This document shows positions 12,688 to 24,489 of a DNA stretch of 64,000 nucleotides, piece after piece. How positions within the stretch are numbered: the stretch's first letter is position 1; the number at the start of each line of letters is the position of its first letter. Origin of the DNA: Anthoceros angustus (lineage: Eukaryota > Plantae > Anthocerotophyta); NCBI GenBank assembly GCA_010909165.1, contig VJWM01000019.1, forward strand, positions 1,054,001 through 1,118,000. The letters run 5' to 3'. The translations under genes were made by a program, and so were the position numbers. The notes beneath the pieces were generated by a model, which did no database searches, was not told the DNA's origin, and was given only the letters and a program-made list of their open reading frames with translations.

Positions 12688-13004
12688 TGTCACAGATCAG
12701 CTCTGTGAGGCTTGAGCCAGGACTCGATTGGAGGAAATTGGCTGCTTGTTCGTTCGGATCTCTCGTACCCATTCGGGCCAAGAACAGCCACGTCCACTGC
12801 CGCGGACGGGCTCAACTAACTATACCCGCGGACGGGTTCAACTAACTATACTGACGGGCTCAACTAACTATGCCCGCATTTATACTGAATTATCCCGGTA
12901 TTTATTCCGGGATAATACCTAAACCGGAATTAACCTAGCTACCTGAACTAGCTGGGGAATGACTGTGTTCACACTTGTGTCGTGGGGTTGTCACGGCTGT
13001 GACA
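12688..13004 (-). repeat. 5' LTR of element 1 (317 bp, complete)
   Basis: Starts TGTCACAG, ends GTGACA, and is followed by the TSD TCACC. Confidence 0.95.
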
Positions 13005-14164
13005 TCACCAACCTGCAAGTCTTTCCACATCTCATAGATGTCGTGGATTCCGAACCCTCCACAGCTGTATTTCACAGGCACATGAAGCCAAGCAACTTTT
13101 CCAGCAGTAGCAGTGCAACTGTGTGTTGTGCTACTATGTAACTGAAAGTATCTGCTACCAAGTCGCTAGTCTGTGGAAGGTGAAATGGTTACCGACTTGT
13201 GCTCGTTGATTTGTTGCAGTAGAACACTACATACGTTCAGAACCAAGCACCTGACTTGTACTGCACCTTGTACATAGGAGTGCTGCCGGCTGATGAGTTT
13301 TAGGGGCCTAGCACTCTGCGATGTTCTGGCAGTTGCTTCAGCACATGGTGACATTTGTGATAAAGGGTGGTGGTGTCTGTCCGTTATGTCTGGTCAGTGA
13401 TGTCTGTCATCTGTTTGTTAGTTGCCATCCCGCCTGCTGCAGTCGAACTCTGTTGTAATTCCTTCCATTTGGGCAAGCAACCATGGCCAGATGTTTGTCA
13501 ACTTGTGCCCCCGAGTTCCTGGAGTCCTGGACTGTTCAAAGTGTGCCAGTTGCTTCAATTCAGCAACATGTTCGATTCCCACACTTTGTTGAAGCATCGG
13601 CAATGCTTCGGTCTTGGAGCTGCATCTTGGAGCTGAGATAGTCTCCTGTGCAGAACAGGTACGGTAGAAGCCCTGGTTTTGGGGAGATAGCGTATGCTGC
13701 AATTGTGGCAAAAAACTTCATGTTCCCTCGGAGGCTGATGGACATGTTGGTCCCATGAAGCTTGCCGAAGCGACATGAGGCTGTGGTGTAGCAATGCGTT
13801 AGCAGCCTCTGACGATGATCCTGAGGAGGAACCTCTGAGACGGCTACCAGGATTGTTAGGCTAAGCGCGGAGTCCGCGAAGTCGTTTTGCATGCCATTAG
13901 CGAGACAAGAAGATGAGTTGAATCGTGCGCGAGGTAATGACGATCTCGAACCCTATGCAAGCGGTGCAAAGGAAATCACTTCATGTCGGAAGCATCCGCT
14001 GCTGGTTCCAATCTCAGCTGGTTCGGAAGAGTTGCAGTAAAAGCACTCTGAATGTGCCTGCATTGTTCATTGGCCGGTTCAGCCGGAAGGCAGGGTTCTG
14101 TTGTCCCTGTGAGCCGCCCACGCTCGACTGAACTCTGATAGATCTGCAGAGTTCAGTCCCACGA

Positions 14165-14371
14165 ATCTGGGGCAGATCTTTACCCCGCTCGCCAAATGGT
14201 GCACTGACAAAATGTGGGCTCTGAAAGCTTCAGAAGCTGAAATTGCTGGGAACGAATTAGTTGGTCGACCCCAAACTGCCTCTGCGCGCTTCCGTGGCTC
14301 TGGATCACCGCTACCACAGTGAGTGAAAACAGTGTGGACAGTTGGAGATTCTTCTGGAGCTCTACTCCATG
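14165..14371 (+). pseudogene. Degenerate MRS2 exon fragment (paralogous to ~2775-2980)
   Basis: gggaacgaattagttggtcgaccccaaactgcctctgc...gtgaaaacagtgtggac...ctggagctctac nearly matches the corresponding exon of the intact gene, with indels. Confidence 0.9.
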
Positions 14372-14439
14372 GCATGCCAAGGTCCGGGGGTCCATCCGCA
14401 TGCCTCCCTATGTTTTCTTCGTCTTCTTCTTGTTCTAAT

Positions 14440-15960
14440 ACCGTGACGAGTTGAACACGAGGAACTCAAGGGTTCAACAGGGACGTTTGATCCGGCCGTT
14501 AGGTCTTACGAAATACGATACGTTATAAAGCGGCTCAAGGTGAGCGCGGCAATTCATTGTCCGAGTCTCGTCATCTCGTCAATTTGTTGGCATCCCGCAG
14601 CGCGTCTTTGCCGAGTCTCGCCGGTACAAGTGCTGTCGGGATCCTCAGCTGGTCAAGCTTCTACCAGCAGCAGATGATCTTCCCTCTTGCGTTTCTGCGC
14701 GCCCGAACCGAGATTTATTTGTTTGAGTGCCTTTTGAGAGGATCGACTGGTGTCTGTGTAAGTACTGGCTGTCAGTCAGCCTGAGAATGTGAGTACACTG
14801 ATATCAATGTTTGAATTGGTTAGTCTTTTGGCATCTAAGTTTCTCGAGTCTTTGGTCTTGGAGTGTTTTGAAAACATGCGTGCAGCATTCGATGATGCAC
14901 CAAGCAAATGCATCTTTATTCTGATGTATAGTTCACTTGGTCACTCTCGATCTCTTTCGCGAGGATTTCCTGGTGCTCATCGAGACCTACTCTTGATTAC
15001 AGATTCCTGATACGGTGCTCATCGAGACCTACTCTTGATTACACTGTCCTGATACGGAAGACATGGCCGGTTCCGATACTGTTTTGGCGGTATTCCTTTC
15101 TGTAGCGGCGAGTGTGATGTTTCTCCTTGCGATGGTGTATGTCATTGAAGCAATTCTATTTGTCATAGCATACTTCCGGGGACGCAGACAAGCTGCACCA
15201 GAAGCTGGCGGAGGGAACTGAGAGATCAGTTGCACGAGCAGCTGACGGAGGGAATCCTTTGGGCCAGGCAGACAAGTCTATGATGAATTTCCATGGCTTC
15301 AGGCCGGGATCCGTCCAATTGCCAGTCACGGTGGCCTTGGTGGACCAGCGGAACGATGTCTGAACAACATTATCAATGTTAATCACGGCAGACAGCCGGA
15401 GTGCGGTAATAACTTTTTTTGTACAGAATTCATCTGGATGATACCTTTTATGTACAAACCTTTATGCTGCAACTTTGAATGAAGCAAGACCCTTACCTCT
15501 TCTTCCAGTAGGACTTACGATAAGATTGAACTTTGTGACTTCGGAGTCGATGTATGGAAGACACCTTCGTATGCATCTTTTACGCAATATTTTCGAGTAT
15601 CTTTTTCCTCCACAATAACTTACAAATAAGATGAACTTTTAGCTGTTTCTAGGCTCGATTTTACTTGGTCCCCTTGCATACCATATGTTTCTTAGGCATC
15701 TAAGAAACGTCTTAATTTTCTAGGCGTCTTTGTACAGGACAAATACATATATAAGGCAATCGAAATTTACAAGTAAAACTCATATTTCTCCATCTAACTA
15801 GCAATCCCAATTCTTAAGCAAAAATAGTTTCTATTAACCATATTTTCAAAGGGTCAATGTTCACAAAAATTTTGTTAACCGTAGTTTTCAAAGCCTCAAT
15901 ACTCACAAAATATATTGATAAGATCTTTCTACTTACACAAGATGACTTGTAGTTATTATT
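14440..15960. repeat. Copy 2 of the duplicated MRS2 3' flank
   Basis: Colinear similarity to 3470-4930. Contains a local ~30-bp duplication (ggtgctcatcgagacctactcttgattaca) at ~14971-15043. Confidence 0.85.
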
Positions 15961-16685
15961 ATTATAAAATTTACTAGTAATTTACTAAAATTAAATATTG
16001 TATTAAAAATATAGATATAAAAGAATTTACTTAATTTAGCAAGTTTCTAAGTTAAGCTCTTCATTAAGACATTCTTGTTTCTTGATGCATAGTCATGATA
16101 AGAGTATAGTTTTTTTAGAATTATGTGTATTTATATAAATTTTAAATATTGTGGTTGGCACAAGTAATAGAGCAGTTGAAACCAAATTTAAGAACCGATT
16201 TAAGATTTTAATAGTTATTATCCTACAAGTTTTTACAATAACTATTGTGTATTGTGGTGCACGAATGTTCTCCACAATATATAAGAAATCGAATGATTGC
16301 GACAAGAGCAAAGAGATACACTCGCTTTTGAAATTAAGACCCTCTCCCTGAGAGTCTCAATTACGGTCTATGTTTCGAATAACTCTTCTATATCAATGAG
16401 AATCTTACACCATTGCCATGGAAGACTAAGAAACAGAAATTACTTTTAGATCAGCTCGTGCTACAAGTCAAGTGGCTTTCTTTTGAAAATTTTATAGAAT
16501 TTTATGGACTGTTGATTGATTGGGTTTGGGGAGTTAAGGTTTCAAAGTGAGTTAAGATTTCTTATATATGTATGCAGAATATTGAGTTTCTGCAAAGGGT
16601 GAGTACATGTTCCTTACAAGCTCGAGGTAGGAATAAGTACTACTCCTAGCTAACATAGACAATACTCTAGGAGAGGTAATGTCGT

Positions 16686-18347
16686 TTAGATGTGAGCTCG
16701 GCGGTGGCCTCGACCACTTCCTGGCAGGATGAGGGCGTCCCTCAGCCGCCTCTCCCTGACTTCTCTGACCTGCTCAACATCCACATTGAAAGCTGCTGCA
16801 TCCACTTCCTCAGGCAGGTTCTTGAGCACCGAAGTTCTACCGGCAAGAGCCTCAACCCAGGGCCTGAAAATACACAAATTGGCATAGTCACACCATAAGT
16901 CCCAGCAGCCGGGTGTCAGAAAGCACAAGCCAGAAAGGAGAAGAGTGTGAAAAGAGCGAGCGTACTGGTCTGTGGTGTGGAAGGCAACCCACTCCAGGCC
17001 CTCGTCTCCGGCCCTGATGCCGTGGGGGTAAAACCGCGGAACTGCGTACGCTTCACCCTCCCTCACTTCCTGGCTCACCAGACGCTCGCCGTTGTTGCCC
17101 ACAATTTCCAGCTCACCGTTGCCTCTCAGGATGTACAGAAACGCATGTCCATTCACATTCCACTGGGGAGCCAGGATAGCATCCTGCGCTTGCCAGCAAC
17201 ATACATCACGATCGATGAGCATCAACCACTGGACGATGTGACCATTCCAGCATGGGATGACAAAGCAATTAAGCCCAGATTCAACGGCAACTTGAAGGTT
17301 GGCGGTGGATGTCTACCCTCTCAAGACGGCCGAAGGTGGCACCCAGGTTGAGGTTCCTCAGGATGGGGAGCTTGAATCTGTTGGCGCTGTTGAAGATTCC
17401 AGCATCGCGAACGCGAACCTCGGGGGAGCCCTCACGAATGTTGTACACGAACTCGCCATTGATGTGCTCGCGGAAGTGGGCTTGGCTCTCTCGCTGTCCG
17501 TCGTCAACTGCGTTCGTGGACTCGGGGATTCTGACCTCCCGCTCTGCGAGCACGATGCCCGCGCCCTGCTGTCGGTTGAGCAAGTCATCCACCAGCTTCT
17601 CATCCACATCCCAAGCATCGGCCAGGAACTCCCTGCGGAATCCGTGCAGAATGCCTCTCTGACCGTGGCCCTCCTCTTCGCCTCCCTGCCGACCTCCACC
17701 GATCAAGAAGAATCCCTGCGCCACATATGTTGTTTCAGTGCGGGCCCGATCGAGAAATGCTCAAGACTGCACTCTCGAATGTGGAATCGCCTTCAAAACC
17801 TTACTCTGTGGCCCTCAGAGTAGGACGCAGATGTCTCCGCAAGGACGAGAATCCGGAGGTCGCTGCTGCCAGAATTATACAACCACGACGCAATACCACG
17901 AGGAACGGCTACAATGTCACCACGCCTCAGGCGCCTCACGTTCGAGGACTCTCCCAGAGCGTAGCCGGTAAGGATTCCAGCGTACCCCTCTCCTGCAAGA
18001 TACAGGATGATCAGAAGAAGCGATTGCGTCACTCAAGGTCCATGCATTGAAATCACAGAGGGCGATGATGGATCCGGAGAAACGGATTTCTCACCTTCCT
18101 CCACGTATGCGATGCGAGGGGAATCGGAGTACTGGGGCAGGACAAGGCCGCGCTGCCTGATGGTGACCCTAGCAGCAGCAACATTGGCATCTCTCAGACT
18201 CCCGATGTTGGTCCAAGCCTCTACTGTGCCTCCATCAGTTCGCAGAACCTCCCGGGGTTCACCCAACTGCAGCTCGGCTCTGTGGGCCACTGCAGCGCAC
18301 ACGAAGGACAAGGCCAAGGCCAGCGCAAGTGCGCATTTCAAAGCCAT
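16686..18347 (-). CDS. Legumin/11S-globulin-like bicupin with signal peptide, 411 aa. Exons 18347-18095, 17992-17805, 17715-17317, 17183-16966, 16863-16686
   Basis: Five exons total 1236 nt in frame with canonical splice sites. Motifs GLVLPQYSDSPRIAYVEEG, GDIVAVPRG, FKLPIL, APQWNVNGH, AVPRFY, LAGRTSVL. Hydrophobic N-terminus MALKCALALALALSFVCAAVA. Confidence 0.92.
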
Positions 18348-18737
18348 TGCTTCAACAATGAAATGTGAAAACTTCAGAACAGCAGACACGAGTGTTGATT
18401 GAGCTATCGCAGCTCGCAAGGCGCTGCTTTTACGCTGGAGGAAGCGTGATGGATTTGGCAATTGGAGTTCCACTGCAGTTGTCCCGGGGTTCAGTGGCTT
18501 CACCGCATGCATCCCGGTTGCAGCAACTGTTTGTGAATCTCACAGCCTGGAGGCTGACTGGTCCAGTACAAGTTCCGTTCAATTGTAGCTTGCATGTTGC
18601 ACTTGAAACTTGAACGTGGTACAGAAGCGGGGCCAGATGCATCCACACATTGGAAAGCATGTCTTTCCTTAACTATGCGGCGGTTGTCCTTCTGAATTGC
18701 ATGTAGCATCAACCGAAGAATCTCTTTGCAGGAATTG

Positions 18738-18797
18738 AGGGAGTTCTTGGCCGATGCCTGGGATGTGGATGAGAGGCAGTGGATGAGCTGCTCAACC
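18738..18797 (+). pseudogene. Inverted fragment of cupin exon 3
   Basis: agggagttcttggccgatgcctgggatgtggatgag...gtggatgagctgctcaacc (REFLADAWDVDE...ELLN) is the reverse complement of ~17574-17634 with a few mismatches. Confidence 0.85.
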
Positions 18798-19004
18798 TGC
18801 CCAACGCCCTTTAGTGTATCTACATTGATGTGTGTAACTGCAGAAGGTGGGTGTGTGAGGAAGACGTGAAGGAGAAGAGACCAGCAACAGATTCGCTGAA
18901 GCACAAGAGTTGCTCACCTTGCAGCCGTTTCACAAAGCGTTCAGACTCTTTTAGGTTGGTTTCCTCCATGAGCGTGGTGTTGAGGCGCAGGTAGGTGAAC
19001 AGGG

Positions 19005-19135
19005 ATTCAAGGCCTTGGGATCTGCCAGGGCATTAGGGGAGAACTCCTCCACCACTAGCATACTCAGCTCCACACAGGTGAAGTTGAAGGTGGCTTTGTG
19101 CTTGGCTAGCATCTCTGCAACAGGGGCATCCAACA
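19005..19135 (-). pseudogene. Isolated beta-amylase (GH14) exon fragment
   Basis: PVAEMLAKHKATFNFTCVEL...EEFSPNALADP resembles the BAM motif MLxKHxAxLNFTCVEL...FPEALADPEGL. No other BAM exons are seen nearby. Confidence 0.8.
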
Positions 19136-20086
19136 TCGTCATCGATGCTGCTGCCACATTCATGGAATGACATCACCACCTATGATCGCAGAGACAAAGC
19201 CAAGCATCATTTTAAAGCTGACCCAAGTCAGACGGGCCTTGCCGTGGGGGAATGAAGTGTACCTGCAATTTGAGCCCCACGTCTGCAACCATGTGAAACG
19301 TGTAGGACATGCTCGTATTTGCGCTTGGTGCCTGTGATGACACCAGACTAAACATCGTGAACTGAACAGCATCCTTTCCAACCAGATCCTATAAAAACTT
19401 AGATTCCAAAACTTTTACCCGAAGCTCCAGCACAATCAACCTGTGGTCCACAAGCTTTACCGTCTCTTTCAAGAGGTGGATGAGAATCCGAAGGAGCCGA
19501 GAACAGGGGTGCCATTTTGAAAACCAGAGAGAAAGCCGTAGCTTGCTACGGTGGAAAACTCCACAGCGCGGTGAACGCCAGGAACAGGCAAAGCAGCTTG
19601 GGCGGGTGCAAATGGTAGGGCATACACAGTTTGGGGGTTCCCCCCTGTCCTGCAGGCCGCCCTTGCTGACAGGATAAAAAAAGAAACGAGCAGGTTGAGT
19701 CGTTCTCTCCTCAGCTGGAGTCCTTAAAATGCCAGCAACCGGAGTCTGTGAAAAGCTAGGCTCTGGGGCCTGGCCGCCAGATTGGTGAGCCACAATCTTG
19801 AATGGGGCGGCCAATCATGAGCCCAATCAACAGTGAGGCGCATGGCAAGGGCCCAAGGGCTCTGCAGGAAGCGCAGATCGAAGTCTGGCTCAAGGGATCC
19901 GACGGAAGGTTGGACATCCCACCTCAGCTGGACAACAAGTTTATTTCCTAAGAAAATTTGTGGTACACCGTTTTCTCTTCTCCTGCGATACCCTGTCAGA
20001 TCAGACAGAGTCATCCAATACAAGCCCTTGGACCTCTCAATGGCTTTTAGAGCTGTATCGCAGTTCTAGAGCCTGAAGGGCAGCAG

Positions 20087-23029
20087 TGATGGTGGCATGG
20101 GGATTAGATGAGGAGACACTGATGCCTGCCCAATGGGGCCCATCAACCTCACGCTGGGGTTTGACAAGGCCCTTGTTGCCTTGGACAAGCAGGGGGCGTG
20201 CCGTCGGTACAGGTGTACAAGCAGCTGTTGCAGGCATGCATGCAGAGCAGGGCCCTGGAGGACGCCAAGCAGGTACATGATCACTTGGTGAAACATGGTT
20301 TAGAGTCGGACACAGTTTTGGGCGACCTTGTTGTAACCACGTTGGTGAAGTGTGGAAGCTTTGCCGATGGCCTGCACTTGTTTCGAAGGTTGCTGCCGGA
20401 CTGTCTTCTCGTGGACAGCCATAATCTCAGGGTATAGCAATGCAGGAAGATGTCGGGAAGCTTTGTTGTGCTACGAGCACATGCGTGGGGAGGGCGTGCA
20501 GCCCAACAAGTTCACGTTTGTCAGCTTGCTCAAGGCTTGCAGCAGGCTGGAGGATCTGGAAGAGGGGAAAAGGATGCATGCTGCCGTTGTGAGCTATGGG
20601 TTTGAGGCTGACGTGTATGTGGGCAACACTCTGGTAAGTATGTATGCCAAGTGCAAGAGCATTCCAGATGCCCAGCAGGTTTTTGATGGATTGTCCCAGC
20701 GTGATGTTGTTTCGTGGAATGCGTTGGTTGCAGCATACGCTCAGCAGGGCCATGGGAAGCAAGCTTTGCGGCTATTTGCACAGATGGAGCAGGAAGGTGT
20801 CAAGTCAAATGCACGAACCTTTGTCAGTGTTCTCCAAGCATGTGGCATTCTTGCAGAGAAAGAGGGAGTTTCGGTTGTTGGCACAGAATGTGAAGGTGGA
20901 GACATTGCAGAAGGGAAGCAGTGCACACGGAGCTGCTGCTCGAGGCTTTGAGTCTGATGTGTTTGTTGGCAACTCATTGGTCAGTATGTATGCAAAGTGT
21001 GGGAGCATAGTGGATGCAGAGTTTATGTTTCAGATTGTCCCAGCCGAATGTGGTGTCGTGGAATGCATTGCTCGGGCCACTTTCTCAGCTGGGTCAAGGA
21101 GGAAGGTGTTGCAGTTATACTCTCAAATGCAGGAAGAAGAGGTGATGCCAGATGAATTGACGTTTATCAGCCTTCTCCAAGCATGCAGCAGCCTTGCAGA
21201 ACAGGAGGAAGAAGGAGTCATGGACGGGCAAGGTGTCAAGATAAAGTCACTGGCTAAGGGAAAGGAGATACATGCTGGAGCTGCAGGGATGGGGTTTGGA
21301 ACGGATGTCTTTGTGATCAATACGCTGGTGAATCTCTACGCAAAGTGTGGGAGCATGAAGGATGCGGTGCAGGTTTTTGACAGGTTGTCCAGGCGTGATG
21401 TTGTTTCCTGGACTGCTATGATAGCAGCATATTCTCAGAAAGAGCAAGGAGAAAAGGCTCTCCAGCTGTTTTGGCATATGCAAGAGGAAGGAATCAAGCC
21501 GAATGCACACACATTTGTCAGCACTCTCCAGGCATGTGGCAGTCTTGCTGAGCAGGAGCAAAGTGCACCTGTAGACAAGGTGCCGGTCAAACTGCAGTCA
21601 CTGCAGAAGGGAAAAGAAGTGCATCATGTAGCTGTGAGAAGTGGTCTTGGATCTGACATGTTTGTTGGTACAAGTCTGCTTAGTATGTATGCAAAGTGTG
21701 GGAGCACTGTGGATGCCAGACAGGTTTTCGACGGATTGTGTGAGCATGATGTTGTCTCGTGGACTGCAATGATTGCCACATATGCACAGGAGGGGCAGGG
21801 GGAAGAGGCATTGCAGATTTATCAGCAGATGAAGGCAGCAGGTGTAAGGCCAAATGCGTGGACATTTGTCAGCCTTGTCCAAGCATGTGGCAGCCTTGCA
21901 GACAAGGAGGAAGAAGTGCTTGTCGAGGGGCAACATGTGAAAGTGAAGTCCTTGGGGCAGGGGAAGGAAATACATGCTGTTGGTCATGGATTTGCGTCCG
22001 ATGTCTTTGTCAGTACTTCTTTGGTTAGCTTGTACGCAAAGTGTGGGAGTGTCAAAGATGCCGAAAAGGTGTTCTATGCGTTGCCCCAGCATGATGTGGT
22101 GTCATGCACTGCCATGATTGCAGCATACGCTCAGTGCGAGCAGGGAGAGAAGGCCTTGAAACTCTATGCTACGATGGAAGCAGCTGGCATGAAGCCAAAT
22201 GAGGCTACAATTGTTTCCGTCCTGGAAGCATGCGGCACGACTGGTGCCTTCGACGTTTGCGTACACACCCACCAAAGTATACTAGGCACAGGACTTGAGT
22301 GCAGCCCTTTTGTGGCCACCAGTCTGATCCACACCTATGGCAAATGCGGGAGCATGGTAGATGCCGAAGTGTGTTCCACTCGCTGGCCAATGTAGTGTCC
22401 TGACTGCTCTGATTGCTGGGTACGCTCGAGTAGGATGCTGTGAGAGGAGCATACAGTGCTACAACAACATGCTTCTTGCTGGAGTGAACCCGGACAGGAT
22501 CACATTCCTGGCTCTCCTGACGGCCTGCAGTCATGCTGGCAAGGTGGAGAAGGGATTGCATTACTTCCACTCCATGGCAAGAGATCATGGCATAGTTCCA
22601 GAGCTGGAGCATTATGGATGTGTTATTGATCTCGTCAGCCGGGCAGGCCTCTTGGACAAGGTGGACGAGCTGCTGCTGCAGATGCCTATACAGCCTGACC
22701 TGTCACTGTGGCTGTCTGTGCTGGGTGCCTGTCACAAACATGGCAACATCCCACTTGCACAGCGTGCTTTTGATGAAGCTGTTGCTTTAGAGCCAAAGCA
22801 AGCTTCAGCATACGTACTCATGTCAAACATGGTCGCAGATGCTGGCATGCTGGAGCATGGAAAGCACATACATGACTTGAGGCTCGCAGCTGGAGCATGG
22901 AAAGAGCCTGGCCAGAGCTGGATTGAGCATGAATCTCAGGTACACAAGTTTGCAGTTGGCGATCACTGGCATGGCCAAGATGCAATCTTGTACGAGCTGC
23001 TGGAAGAGTTAAATGCAAAGATAACGTGA
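20087..23029 (+). CDS. PLS-class pentatricopeptide repeat protein with E/E+ domain (RNA-editing factor type), no DYW; several frameshifts as assembled; start uncertain
   Basis: Repeated P-L-S triplets (VFVGNSLVSMYAKCGS, DVVSWTAMIAAY, KPNAHTFVSTLQAC). P2-L2-S2/E region ITFLALLTACSHAG...EHYGCVIDLVSRAG. Motif KEPGQSWIEHESQVHKFAVGD, then a stop at 23029. Frame breaks near 20195, 20400, 20880-20930, 21050-21100 and 22375. Confidence 0.9.
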
Positions 23030-24489
23030 TGAGGAAGTTGGTCACAACAATTTGCCACTTACCCCAGAAAGGTGGGCATACACCTAGTGGGTAGTCGGCC
23101 ATCGCTAACTTTCGGAGAACAGCTGGTGCAGGTGGAGAACATGTGGAACAGAATGAGAAAAGGGCAGGGTGGACGCACGCGTGAAGGCACACGGTGTGGA
23201 GCGGTTGGTCCCCTGTGTCAAGCCACCACAACTTACCTGTCGCAAATTTAAGCCCTACGACAGAGGAGGAAAGACGAACTGTGATCCGAAGCCTTGTGAG
23301 ACGGTTGTGAAGCCGGAACCGAGAGCCCGCTTTAGCCTTCACTGTTCGTCTTCACCTCCAATCTCCCACGGCATCCACCGGTGGATGAGTGCTCCTTCGA
23401 GTATAATCACAGTCCGCCCTCCGCTCCTTTTTTAAGGAGGTATCCCAATTACATGTTTATCATATTTTTGATTAAAAATACATATAATGAATAAAAATTA
23501 AAACAAAATAGTTAGAGTTCAAGCCATTTATCTCACGTAACATAATTAACATTTTGTTATTAATGCTTTGTTACTACCGAATCATACTCAAAATGCCCAA
23601 TGAGTAAAAATTAACAAGTTTAAGACGCGAAAATAAAGAAACTTGGGTTTGTGTGGGAAATTAGGGCCTGTTTAGGGGAGGTCTATACATATCTATTATT
23701 TCTATATAAATACCTATGTATTCTAATGAATGTTGAAATTTGATAAAATTATTTTTTATAAATTTTAAAAAATATAAATATTTATGTTGAACCTTATCCT
23801 TTTCAAAACATAATTATTTCGGCATTGCCGTGTCGAACCACCTGGTGGGGTACGGTAGTAATTTTGCTTAGCTACTTTGATATGATGACTCCAGCAAGGA
23901 GTTGTGGTCCTGGTGTGCGGGTATTCTAGAACTTGAAGTCTTCCCTAAATGGATAAATGAGACAAATTGAAAGATTAGGTTAAAACATTCAATGGGATTA
24001 TCGATTTTTTTCTACTAAAAATTAAGAAAAATAATAGAAAAAAAATAGAGTAGGCATCGAATAGACTTCGAATTCTATCAATATAAGCATATAGCAATGG
24101 GGAATAGGTTTATGATGCTCGAGATTATGCCAAACTCAAAGTTTATAAATATATGGTACTACAAACTAATTATTGTACCCTCATAACTACCTTGTCTTAG
24201 TAGAGGTTTTTTAATGCTGCTTAGGGAAAGTGTTAGCCCTGAAGCAGTTAGGTATGGCATACCAAAGAGGACAGAGAGGGGACGGGGCATATTTTTCGCG
24301 CGTGAAACTTTTGTTCACACCACACGTCTTTTTGTTGTCCGGTTTGGTAACCCGACCGAAATGGGGTAGCCCAAAGCGGACGCACCAAAGCGCCAATTCC
24401 ACCGTACACAAAGGAACTTCCTTTTTCCCACAAAGGTGGTTTTTCTTGCGTGGGCACCAAGAAACTTTTTGCGCTCTATTCCACTTTAG

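Larger units (their letters stand above)
6327..13004 (-). mobile_element. Ty3/gypsy LTR retrotransposon 1 (chromovirus-like), degenerate
   Basis: LTR termini TGTCAC...GTGACA; 5-bp TSD TCACC at 6322-6326 and 13005-13009; tRNA-iMet PBS; gag-PR-RT-RH-IN order on the minus strand. Confidence 0.95.

Noticed and set aside
19930-19990. Small-GTPase G4-like motif GVPQIFLGNKL
   Set aside because: Lacks the NKxD aspartate and no P-loop or switch motifs are nearby; probably chance.
20427-22092. Minus-strand ORFs (111, 104 and 164 aa) as an antisense gene
   Set aside because: They are shadows of the PPR coding strand with no independent motifs.
23030-23450. Frameshifted DYW deaminase domain after the PPR stop
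   Set aside because: No HSE, CxxC or terminal DYW-like motif is visible in any frame.
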